Assembly (NCBI GenBank): GCA_043816185.1
Contig: JBDRIG010000037.1
Coordinates: forward strand, 1 to 27,122
Direction: 5' to 3'
Length of the DNA stretch: 27,122 bases
Source of the DNA: Elusimicrobiota bacterium
Lineage (GTDB): Bacteria > Elusimicrobiota > UBA8919
The translations under genes were made by a program, and so were the position numbers. This document shows, one piece after another, positions 8,976-17,630 of this stretch. The notes beneath the pieces are model-generated. The model worked only from the letters and a program-made list of their open reading frames with translations. It was not told the origin of the DNA and searched no databases. Within the stretch, counting starts at the first letter, position 1. Each line of letters starts with the position of its first letter.

Positions 8976-9059
8976 GTAGGTACGAATTTATTTGTATGCC
9001 GACCACGGGGTTGAAAACAACGTCAACATCAACAACACACGGTCACAGACCGTGCCTAC
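8976..9059. repeat. GTAG-type REP-like element
   Basis: GTAGGTACG...CACGGTCACAGACCGTGCCTAC. Related copy at 26835-26908. Confidence 0.8.
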
Positions 9060-9085
9060 AAGATGCTGGAAGTTCATAGACCACA

Positions 9086-9120
9086 AACTCATAACTATGA
9101 ACTATGAACTCATAACTCCG
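9086..9120. repeat. Heptanucleotide tandem repeat (AACTCAT/AACTATG x5)
   Basis: aactcat aactatg aactatg aactcat aactccg, read directly from the sequence. Confidence 0.8.
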
Positions 9121-9212
9121 ATTCACGAGTTTAAAAAAATCACCACATAAGTACATCATCATATCAATAAAAAAAACTCTATGCTCTCTGTGGTAGGTTT
9201 TTTTAACAAATT

Positions 9213-10247
9213 TTATTTTACTTGTTTTTCTGATTTTGTCAACCTTGCTGGGATCTTACTGTTGGAAGGTATTTTTAACGGAGCTAACTGGCACGCAAGT
9301 TTTATTGCTTCAATCATTGACTGTGGATTTGCCTTATTTTTGCCCGCGATGTCATATGCAGTTCCATGTGCCGGTGAAGTACGGATAAACGGAAGCCCGA
9401 TAGTTACATTTACTATTTTATTAGGATTTAACAACTTTAAGAGAGACATTGCTTGGTCGTGATACATACAAACAATTAAATCGGATTTTTTTTTGAATGC
9501 TATTTCACAATTAACAGGGCCAAACACATCAATACCACTTTTTTTAAGAATTTCTATTGCGGGAATTATTTTTTCTTTTTCCTCGATACCAACCAATCCG
9601 TTGTCACCACAATGTGGATTTAGTCCACAAATAATTATTTTCGGTTTTTTTATTTTAAAATATTTTTTAATAAATTCGTAAGCTAATGTCGTGCTTCCAA
9701 CAATTTTTTTGATACTTATATTTTGTGATACATCTTTAAGTGGAACATGTCTCGTCAAAAGAAGAACCTTTTTATCTTTTGCAACCATTAGCATTTCTAC
9801 ATTTTTTTTCGCATGCGATGAATCTACTTGGAAAGATGTTTTTTCTGCTAAAAATTCGGTATGTCCACCTAATTTTCTTTGTCTAAACGATTCAGTCGAG
9901 CATGCCCTCACCATTTCGCTTTGCTTAGTCACCTTTCCTGTTTTTGCAAGAAAATATGGTGGACAAGTAAGACGATTAGAGTAAACAAATGCTGATTTGG
10001 GAACAGGAGAAGTTACGATTGCATCGACTTCTTTATTTTTTGCAAGTTCCAACGCTTTAACTAAAAAACTTATCGCCGCTTTATTGCTTTTATCGGAAGG
10101 AAAACCTGGGGTAAAACCTCTTGAGGTACCAATAATAATTGGCTTACAAATTTTGCGAACCGCCTTAGATAAAATGGCTTTTTTTACAATCTCAGGACCT
10201 ATACCTGTTGGATCGCCAAGGGTTATTACTATGGATGGTTTATCCAT
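9213..10247 (-). CDS. pdxA: 4-hydroxythreonine-4-phosphate dehydrogenase PdxA (with in-frame insertions)
   Basis: ITLGDPTGIGPE, GHTEFL, T.HVPL, GLNPHCG, MYHDQ, VNVTIGLPFIRTSPAHGTAYDIAG. Downstream of a surA-like gene. Confidence 0.95.
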   Translation of the reverse strand: MDKPSIVITLGDPTGIGPEIVKKAILSKAVRKICKPIIIGTSRGFTPGFPSDKSNKAAISFLVKALELAKNKEVDAIVTSPVPKSAFVYSNRLTCPPYFLAKTGKVTKQSEMVRACSTESFRQRKLGGHTEFLAEKTSFQVDSSHAKKNVEMLMVAKDKKVLLLTRHVPLKDVSQNISIKKIVGSTTLAYEFIKKYFKIKKPKIIICGLNPHCGDNGLVGIEEKEKIIPAIEILKKSGIDVFGPVNCEIAFKKKSDLIVCMYHDQAMSLLKLLNPNKIVNVTIGLPFIRTSPAHGTAYDIAGKNKANPQSMIEAIKLACQLAPLKIPSNSKIPARLTKSEKQVK

Positions 10248-10444
10248 AAATTCACACGGAGAATTTGGAGGGTTTATTGTGATAGTAACAACAAATTACA
10301 CTCGATTTTAGTCGATTAAAAAGACATTTTTCCTGAAATCAAGAAGCAAAAACAAGTTTGTCTATGCAATCCCTTTTAATAATCTTTGCTATGTTAGATA
10401 AAATTCTATTCAACAGAATAAATGTAATCTTGCGACGAAATTAT

Positions 10445-11512
10445 TTATTTTATTTCAATAGATACGCTCGATTTCTCGCGAAGATTTTTTATATATTTTT
10501 CATACTCATCTTGCCTTTTTTCCGCAAGAAGAAATTTTTCAAGATCTATCTTAACTTTTTCGAAACTTCGTTTCTGTTTTGCTTGCTTTGCATCAATTTT
10601 TAATATGTGGTAGCCAAATTCTGTCTTAAAGATACTGGAGATTTCTCCAACAGGCGTCTTAAAAGCCACATTTTCAAAATCTTTAAGCATCATTTCTCTT
10701 GTGATAAAACCAAGATCTCCACCATTTTTATTACTTCCTGGATCTTCCGAATACTGATCGGCAAGTTTAGAAAAATCCTCACCATTTTTCAAAAGTTTTT
10801 GAACCTCTTGTATTTTTTTCAATGCGGCCGATTCGTCTTTTATCGAGGATTGTTTTTCAAATCGAATTAAAATATGTCTTACAGAAACCTTTTCTGGATC
10901 GTCAATTTTATCTTTATTCTTTTCATAATAATCTTTAAGTTCACTCTCGGGCAACGATTCAACTTTTCTTAGCACCTCGTTTTCAATGAGCTTATTGATC
11001 GTAATATCTTCTTTAATTTTATCGTTGAATTTTGAAATAGTTAGATTTTGTTTTTTTAATTCGGCATTAAATTCTGCCTCTGATTCAGAAGGTGTTAAGC
11101 CTTTTTCGTCCTTTTTTTTGAATCTGTCTTTCACCATTTTTATACCTTCATCGATTTCTCTTTTAGTTACCTTTATATCTTTTTTTTTCGCTTCTTGTAG
11201 AAGAAGTTTTTGATTAATCATCTGATCAAGAAGTTCCTTTTTTACCTGCACAATTTTTTTATCTATATCATCCTGAGATACGGTATCGCTATATGCCTTT
11301 TTAATCTGTGAAATTATGGGGTTTATCACCTCGTCATACTCCGATTGCAAAATTATGTCGCTATTAATTTTTGCAACTACTTTATTAACAACGGCAGCAT
11401 GGAGACAGTGCACGGTGTAAAGCGTAAAACATAAAGCAAATGTAAAAACCATTATCAACTTTTCCAGTTTCTCATTTCTAATTCCTCGTCCCTCGTCCCT
11501 ATAGTTTTTCAT
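10445..11512 (-). CDS. SurA/PrsA-like PpiC peptidyl-prolyl isomerase
   Basis: Signal peptide, SurA_N-like VNKVVAKINSDIILQSE, parvulin domain (VRHILI, FSKLADQYSEDPGS, GGDLG, TEFGYHILK). Confidence 0.9.
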   Translation of the reverse strand: MKNYRDEGRGIRNEKLEKLIMVFTFALCFTLYTVHCLHAAVVNKVVAKINSDIILQSEYDEVINPIISQIKKAYSDTVSQDDIDKKIVQVKKELLDQMINQKLLLQEAKKKDIKVTKREIDEGIKMVKDRFKKKDEKGLTPSESEAEFNAELKKQNLTISKFNDKIKEDITINKLIENEVLRKVESLPESELKDYYEKNKDKIDDPEKVSVRHILIRFEKQSSIKDESAALKKIQEVQKLLKNGEDFSKLADQYSEDPGSNKNGGDLGFITREMMLKDFENVAFKTPVGEISSIFKTEFGYHILKIDAKQAKQKRSFEKVKIDLEKFLLAEKRQDEYEKYIKNLREKSSVSIEIK

Positions 11513-11679
11513 TTTTTCTCCTTGTTCGCAAAGCGAAAGAAAAATTTCTGAATAGTCTTCTCGATTTGTCGTGACAATCTACTTATTCCGATCACCAGAC
11601 TTCATTAAATCCTGGCGAGAAGCAATTCGCAGAATAACCCAAATGGAGCGTTTTAAAAAAATTTGTTCCAGAACAATCT

Positions 11680-12657
11680 TTATTTTTTCCCTTCCTCAAC
11701 AGGTTCTCCCTCGACAGACTCTTCCTTGGCAGGCTTTGTCAAAAGTTCGTAGTTTATGTTTGCTTTATATTTTTTTGCAACTTCGTTTATCCACTTATCT
11801 AACTTTTCCTTTTGAATAGATTGCTTAATCTCTGTTTCAATATCTTCAATTTTTTGTGGTTTAAGTTGTCTTCTATCGATGAGTTTTATGACGTGATACC
11901 CCAATGGTGTTTTTACGACATCTGAAATATCACCAATTCTTTTGAGATTGAACGCCGCTTCTTCAAACTCTAAAACATACTGTCTTCTTTTGAAAAACCC
12001 AAGATCGCCACCTTTAAGTGCAGTAATTTTGTCAATTGAATTTTCTTTTGCAAGTTTAGAAAAATCTTCACCATTATTTATTCGCTTTATGATTTTTTTT
12101 ACATCTTCATCTGTTGAAAGAAGTATGTGACTTATTTTTAATTCGGTTGGTTTTTCAAATTCCTCCTTGTGTAATTCATAATAATTTTTAACGTCACTAT
12201 CGCCTAATACAACCTTTTCTTTTAATAGTTCGTTTACGATTATTTCATTTTTAAGTTTTTTATAATTATCTTTTAGTCGTTTTTCTATTTCTGATATCTG
12301 CTCTTTTACCTGCGGTCTATTTTGAATGCCTTGATTTTTTGCATCAACAAGTACGATTTTCTCTTTTACCATCGCATCTAAATATTGCTTGCGTCCTACA
12401 TCAGTGGATAGGTATTCTCGCATCGTATATGGAGCACCCTCAATTGCTTTTTCAAATTCCTCCACAGTAATTTTTTCACCACCAACCTGTACCAAAACCT
12501 TTCCAGATACAATTTTTTTTGAACACCCAACAAAAATAGGTAAAAGACAAATGGTAAAAAATAAAATAACAATGTTGATATGTAAAATCTGTCGCAATAA
12601 TCCTATTTTTTGTATCACCTTACTACCATATAATTGTATCGTCTCTTTTTTTCTCAT
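11680..12657 (-). CDS. PpiC-type peptidyl-prolyl isomerase, probable lipoprotein foldase
   Basis: Lipobox-like FVGC; ISHILL, FSKLAKENSID, GGDLGFF and TPLGYHVIK motifs; GGAGG RBS at 12664-12668. Confidence 0.9.
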   Translation of the reverse strand: MRKKETIQLYGSKVIQKIGLLRQILHINIVILFFTICLLPIFVGCSKKIVSGKVLVQVGGEKITVEEFEKAIEGAPYTMREYLSTDVGRKQYLDAMVKEKIVLVDAKNQGIQNRPQVKEQISEIEKRLKDNYKKLKNEIIVNELLKEKVVLGDSDVKNYYELHKEEFEKPTELKISHILLSTDEDVKKIIKRINNGEDFSKLAKENSIDKITALKGGDLGFFKRRQYVLEFEEAAFNLKRIGDISDVVKTPLGYHVIKLIDRRQLKPQKIEDIETEIKQSIQKEKLDKWINEVAKKYKANINYELLTKPAKEESVEGEPVEEGKK

Positions 12658-12699
12658 GGCCTACCTCCAATTCTTATAATCTACCGCCAAATCTTGTGT

Positions 12700-12728
12700 A
12701 TTCTATAAAATTACTGAAAAAAATGCAA
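12700..12728 (-). promoter_or_regulatory. sigma70-type promoter for the foldase-pdxA region
   Basis: TTGCAT (12728-12723), 17 bp, TAGAAT (12705-12700). Confidence 0.6.
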
Positions 12729-12742
12729 GAGATTTTTTACAA

Positions 12743-12800
12743 GGTGAATTCAACCACCAAGTGCAACACCCCAGCATTTAGCGGAATTGAAAACCTCATT
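12743..12800 (-). mobile_element. IS30-family right-end remnant
   Basis: 12744-12800 matches 15047-15103 at 56/57 nt. The latter encodes the end of an IS30 transposase plus its terminal repeat. Confidence 0.8.
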
Positions 12801-12802
12801 AA

Positions 12803-13177
12803 CAAGTTCAACATGTTAGTGCAACACCGCTGACGCTGGATTGAAAATCTGCTATAATAGGCAGATATGAAAAGAACATATAGCCATTTAACGGAAGCAG
12901 AACGGAATTTGATTGTTGTATTAGTAAATCGTAATAAGTCAGTTCATGAAATCGCCCGCGAATTGATGCGTAGTCCAAGTAGTATAAGCCGTGAGATAAA
13001 AAGAAAACATAAACGAAAACAGTATCGTGCACATCTTACACAAAAAAGGTCGATTGAAAGGCATCACACATCACACATAAACACAAGCGATTAAAAACAT
13101 ATGCCTTGCAAATAGAGGTTGCATCTATGCTAATGAATGGTTGTTCGCCAGAAATAATCGCAGGTAGAATTCGCAAA
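12803..13177 (+). pseudogene. IS30-family left end and frameshifted, truncated transposase N-terminus
   Basis: Terminal repeat-like CAAGTTCAACATGTTAGTGCAACACC; ORF YSHLTEAER...EIARELMRSPSSISREIKR (HTH_38). After a frameshift near 13080 it reads ...NGCSPEIIAGRIRK (IS30 WSPEQIAGRL motif) and is then cut by the MITE. Confidence 0.88.
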
Positions 13178-13294
13178 GAGACTGTGTCGCAATTCTACTT
13201 TTACCATCTAGTGTTGAATTACAGTACCATATTTTACCATCAGTTGCTACCTTCTATAAAAATACAATTTTTTAGCTCATTGTGACACAGTCTG
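13178..13294. mobile_element. 117-bp MITE (copy 2, opposite orientation to copy 1)
   Basis: GAGACTGTGTCGCAAT...ATTGTGACACAGTCTG; the internal sequence is the near-exact reverse complement of 8430-8546. Confidence 0.85.
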
Positions 13295-13306
13295 AGTGAC
13301 GACAAC

Positions 13307-13349
13307 CGAGTTTGCTTCGTCGCTCATTTCATTCGCTTCTCGCAGTGAC
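13307..13349. repeat. 3' half of a CGTC-type palindrome
   Basis: GAGTTTGCTTCGTCGCT...TCGCTTCTCGCAGTGAC. Confidence 0.65.
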
Positions 13350-13427
13350 GACACATCAACGCATGACACATCACGTACAACGACATCACACACGACGAGA
13401 ACTGCGCCTACCTATTTCGCAATCAAT

Positions 13428-15020
13428 CTATAATATCGTATCGTTTGATTTGGATAGTTTTTTAGGATAGTCAATATTATAGTGAAGTCCTCGAGATTCT
13501 TTGCGCACAATTGCAGATTTTACTATAAGTTCTGCGACGATGGCAATATTTCTCAACTCAATTAAATCCTGCGTAATGATAAAATCCCAATAATACTGAT
13601 TGATTTCTTTTTTTAAGTTTGATATTCTGGCAAGTGCCCGTTCAAGTCGTTTGTTTGAGCGAACAATTCCAACATAGTTCCACATCAACCGCCTAATTTC
13701 GTCCCAGTTATGTGAAATAACAATCGCTTCGTCGGGATGCGTAGCGTGACCAGGTTGCCACCGTTTGACTTTTGGAAATTTTGAGTGAGCAACTAATCCC
13801 TGCGTAGACACTAATCCTCGCATAGAAGACGCTTTCATATAATTCTGTTCAATAATTTTTTTTGCTGCTTGATAAGAAAAAACAACCCCTTCAAGAAGCG
13901 AGTTTGAAGCAAGTCGATTTGCACCATGAAGACCAGTACAAGCAACCTCTCCTATAGCATAAAGTCCTAAAACATTTGTTCTTCCAAAAACATCGGTCAA
14001 AATTCCACCGCAAATATAATGAGCAGCAGAAACAACAGGTATCGGTCTTTTTGTGATATCAATTCCATAAGTTAAACATTTTTTGTAAATTGTTGAAAAT
14101 CTTTTTTTAATAAAATCGGGTGACCTAAAAGATATATCAAGAAAAACACAATCATCGCCGGATTTTTTTAACTCTGAATCAATTGCTCTAGCAACAATAT
14201 CCCTCGGTGCGAGTTCAGAAAGAGAATGATATTTTTTCATAAATTTTTTCCCTTTTGAATCAATCAGTATAGCACCTTCGCCACGAAGTGCTTCCGAAAT
14301 TAAAAATGATTTTGCCTCATGATGATAAAGACATGTCGGATGAAATTGCATAAATTCCAGATTTGCAACTTTACATCCAGCATGATAACCCATCGCAATT
14401 CCGTCGCCAGTCGCAATATCAGGATTTGATGTGTAAAGATATACTTTTCCAGCACCACCAGTTGCCAAAATTGTTGTAGTCGCCAAAAATGTTTCAACAA
14501 CACCTTTATTTTTATCAAGAACATACGCCCCACAACATTTACCGTCTAATTTTATCAGATTAACAGCAATAAAATTTTCAAAAATTTTTATTCGACGCGA
14601 CGAATTTTTATTTTTAATTTGTCTGACGAGTGCTTCATCAATTGCTTTTCCTGTGTGATCCCCTGAATGTAAAATTCGCCTTTTAGAATGAGCACCTTCG
14701 AGTCCAAGAAATTTATCAAACTTTACGCCCCAGTTTTTTAATTCTTCAATTCTTGCGGGTGCCTGCTCAACAACAAGTTTGACGACATCTTTTTTACAAA
14801 GCCCACTACCAGAAATAAGCGTATCTTTTATATGTTTTTCAAATGAGTCGTTCTTTGCTGAGACACAAGCAATTCCGCCTTGGGCTTCCGTCGTACTTGC
14901 ATCAACTATACTCTTTTTGGTAATAATAGAAACAGTACCAAATTTTGCAAGTCGTAAGGCAAGTGAAAGTCCAGCGATACCTGAACCAATAATTAAAAAA
15001 TCAGATTTATAATTTTTCAT
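13428..15020 (-). CDS. nadB: L-aspartate oxidase
   Basis: IIGSGIAG FAD motif, AQGGIA, EGAHS.RRILH, EFMQFHPT, LISEALRGEG, ELAPRDIVAR, GLHGANRLASNSLLE, ESRGLH. Confidence 0.97.
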   Translation of the reverse strand: MKNYKSDFLIIGSGIAGLSLALRLAKFGTVSIITKKSIVDASTTEAQGGIACVSAKNDSFEKHIKDTLISGSGLCKKDVVKLVVEQAPARIEELKNWGVKFDKFLGLEGAHSKRRILHSGDHTGKAIDEALVRQIKNKNSSRRIKIFENFIAVNLIKLDGKCCGAYVLDKNKGVVETFLATTTILATGGAGKVYLYTSNPDIATGDGIAMGYHAGCKVANLEFMQFHPTCLYHHEAKSFLISEALRGEGAILIDSKGKKFMKKYHSLSELAPRDIVARAIDSELKKSGDDCVFLDISFRSPDFIKKRFSTIYKKCLTYGIDITKRPIPVVSAAHYICGGILTDVFGRTNVLGLYAIGEVACTGLHGANRLASNSLLEGVVFSYQAAKKIIEQNYMKASSMRGLVSTQGLVAHSKFPKVKRWQPGHATHPDEAIVISHNWDEIRRLMWNYVGIVRSNKRLERALARISNLKKEINQYYWDFIITQDLIELRNIAIVAELIVKSAIVRKESRGLHYNIDYPKKLSKSNDTIL

Positions 15021-15046
15021 AAATATCTATCGCTACTTCGTTAAGA

Positions 15047-15296
15047 GTGAATTCAACCACCAAGTGCAACACCCCCGCATTTAGCGGAATTGAAAACCTC
15101 ATTTGGGGTAGAGAACCCCAAACATTTTCTTGGTCTGTTATTAAGCCAAGATTCGACCTTTGAAATATCATCATCAGAAATAGTATCAAAATTAGTTCTT
15201 TTTGGCAAGGATCTTCTTATCAAACCGTTAGTATTTTCAACGGTACCTTTTTCCCAAGAATGATAAGGATTAGGTGAATTCAACCATTAAGTACAA
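15047..15296 (-). pseudogene. IS30-family transposase C-terminal fragment with terminal repeat; a second terminal-repeat-like copy at 15273-15296
   Basis: PYHSWEKGTVENTNGLIRRSLPK.T.F...LNNRPRKCLGFSTP.E, a canonical IS30 C-terminus. Confidence 0.9.
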
Positions 15297-15314
15297 ATTA
15301 AATTCAAATTTTAA

Positions 15315-17630
15315 TCAAATCTCTACACAAATACTTGTTATTGCTAAACACAATGCTACAAAAAAACAGGTGATAATAATACCAAACAAGGGAATAAAAA
15401 TTAAACTTACAAGAATAGAGCCAACCAGTGCTCCAAACAAATCCAGTGCATAAAATTTTCCAATCCTATTTTCGGTTACTACAAGTGGAAAAACAAATCC
15501 CAAGAAAAAACCTGCTATGAAAATAAAAAAGTAAAAAAAATACGAAGATAAAAACAATTTATTTATTGATACAAAAGCCAAAATGAGGGAAAAAATTGTC
15601 ATAAAAATTATTGTTAACTTAACTACAACTGCATTATTGCAATTTTTGGAAAAAAATTTTTCTGACAAAAAACTCCCTACACTTATTCCTAAAAGATTAG
15701 TGGATATTAAAATTCCGATTTTCTGATATATGTATCCATATACTGACTGAAAAGCAAAAATTATTGCAAGCATCAATGCGGTAGAAGTAAAACTAATAAC
15801 GACAACAATTAATTCACAATTCTTTCTTTTTATTTTTACGAAAAATAAGATTACAAAAAAATATAAAGAAATTACGGAAGCAAACACAATATTTGTTGTA
15901 AAATATGCTTCTAATTTTGAAAATATTTTTCTATCAAAAAAAGAAAGCCACATTTTTAATCCATAAAAATAACTTATTGGTCGAAAATCAGTATTACATA
16001 AAACCTCTTCTTGTTTCTCTTTTACACATTCTTCAAGTTTTTCTAATCTATCTTTTCTAAAAATATAATCAATGTAAAAAGGTGTTAAATATTTTGTCTT
16101 TATATTTTTTTCAACAATTTTTCTTTTTATTATTTCAGAGTTTATATCATATTTTTTTGAAGATGAGATCAAATAATTATTTGATGCAGGTATGGACTCA
16201 CAATAACTAAAAACACTTTTTACCGTTTTAAAAATAGATGTGGTAAGATATCTTTGTTCATCTGACATATAATTTTCTGAGGATAAAACTGGAAAAACAA
16301 AAACTCCTTCTTCTGATAAAATATTTCTTATTTCTAAAAAAAACTCTTTTGTAAAATATCTATTAGCAACGCCACTTAATGGTGGAGAAGCATCTAAAAT
16401 AACACAATCGTATTTATCTGTTATTCCCTTTACAAAAAACCTGCCGTCCGTTGAAACAATCTTAACCCTTGGATCTTTTAATAAAATTTTTGTACTATCA
16501 TCTGCATATTTTTTTAACAATTCAACAAGGACGGAATTTTGTTCAACATAAACAACTTTTAGCAAAGTGTCAACAGGATATTTCAATATTTCTTTTATAT
16601 CATTCAAACCACCACCTAACAACAAAACATTTTTGCATCCATCAGATAATAGCATGGGAATATGAACTATTTCCTCATTTTTAGTAGATAAAACAGTTGA
16701 ATAAATCTTATTTGAATTTTCATAAAAATCAATTGCTTCTTTATCCTTCAAAACGATAATTTTACCATAAACAGAATCCCTTGTTTCAACAACATTAAAG
16801 GGTTTCCAATGATACGATATTAAAAATTTTTCTAATTTATTTGAATTGTAAAACAATGTCGCAAAAAGAATCAAAAATAAGCCATATCGCATTAAAATAT
16901 GGAATGCCAAAGTTTTTATCTCGCCAGTTTCCCGTCTTGGTGCGGCAAAATTGTCGGGAAACTTGCTGTTATCGTCTTGTCTTGTTTCGTGAAACAGTGG
17001 GAGATTTTCTTTTTCTTTATTTCCACTATTTTCACAGCAATCTGCGGGGTATTTGGTCTCTGCGAGGTAAATGGAAAATAAAATAAAAATCAAAGCAGAA
17101 AAAATTAAACTTATTTGAAACGAACTAAAATATCTAATCAGCAGAATGTTCGTCAAAAAACCACCAAAAACACAGCCCATTACTTCAATAGCATATAGTT
17201 TACCTGTCGGCAAAGCAACATTCTTTTCGTTAGAAGAAAATATATTCACACAATAAACAAACCATAGTCCGAAAATCAGACAAACCAAAAAAACACTGAA
17301 AAACGAAAACGAAAATGCAGAAATTAATCCGAGCATTTCACTTGGAATTTTCTGAAAAAATTTTCTTAAAAATCCAATCAAAAATATATTTGTTGGAATG
17401 ATAAATATAGTTGCAAAAACCAAATACTTAAAAATTTTTTTTATATCTCTAATTCGTTTTATAAAAATTTCACCGATATAACAAGCAACTCCAACTACTA
17501 ACATCCAATTAAAAAGAAATATGCCTATTATCAATTCATTGTTAGAAAATATGACCAAAAATTCCCGCAAAAGCAATGTTTGAAAACCAATTGAAATAAA
17601 ACCAAGTATAAAAAGAAAAAGGGAAATCAT
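15315..17630 (-). CDS. Membrane protein fused to a spermidine-synthase-like SAM-dependent domain
   Basis: N-terminal TMs (QTLLLREF...NNEL...KLYAIEVMG), central DSVYGKI, VLLLGGG, VE, DGRFFV, YDCVILD, FTKEFF, then C-terminal TMs (FQSVYGYIY, FYALDLFGA). Confidence 0.85.
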   Translation of the reverse strand: MISLFLFILGFISIGFQTLLLREFLVIFSNNELIIGIFLFNWMLVVGVACYIGEIFIKRIRDIKKIFKYLVFATIFIIPTNIFLIGFLRKFFQKIPSEMLGLISAFSFSFFSVFLVCLIFGLWFVYCVNIFSSNEKNVALPTGKLYAIEVMGCVFGGFLTNILLIRYFSSFQISLIFSALIFILFSIYLAETKYPADCCENSGNKEKENLPLFHETRQDDNSKFPDNFAAPRRETGEIKTLAFHILMRYGLFLILFATLFYNSNKLEKFLISYHWKPFNVVETRDSVYGKIIVLKDKEAIDFYENSNKIYSTVLSTKNEEIVHIPMLLSDGCKNVLLLGGGLNDIKEILKYPVDTLLKVVYVEQNSVLVELLKKYADDSTKILLKDPRVKIVSTDGRFFVKGITDKYDCVILDASPPLSGVANRYFTKEFFLEIRNILSEEGVFVFPVLSSENYMSDEQRYLTTSIFKTVKSVFSYCESIPASNNYLISSSKKYDINSEIIKRKIVEKNIKTKYLTPFYIDYIFRKDRLEKLEECVKEKQEEVLCNTDFRPISYFYGLKMWLSFFDRKIFSKLEAYFTTNIVFASVISLYFFVILFFVKIKRKNCELIVVVISFTSTALMLAIIFAFQSVYGYIYQKIGILISTNLLGISVGSFLSEKFFSKNCNNAVVVKLTIIFMTIFSLILAFVSINKLFLSSYFFYFFIFIAGFFLGFVFPLVVTENRIGKFYALDLFGALVGSILVSLIFIPLFGIIITCFFVALCLAITSICVEI

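Noticed and set aside
12743..15296. Intact composite transposon carrying nadB
   Set aside because: There is no intact transposase, the ends are co-oriented rather than outward-facing, and no target duplication was found.
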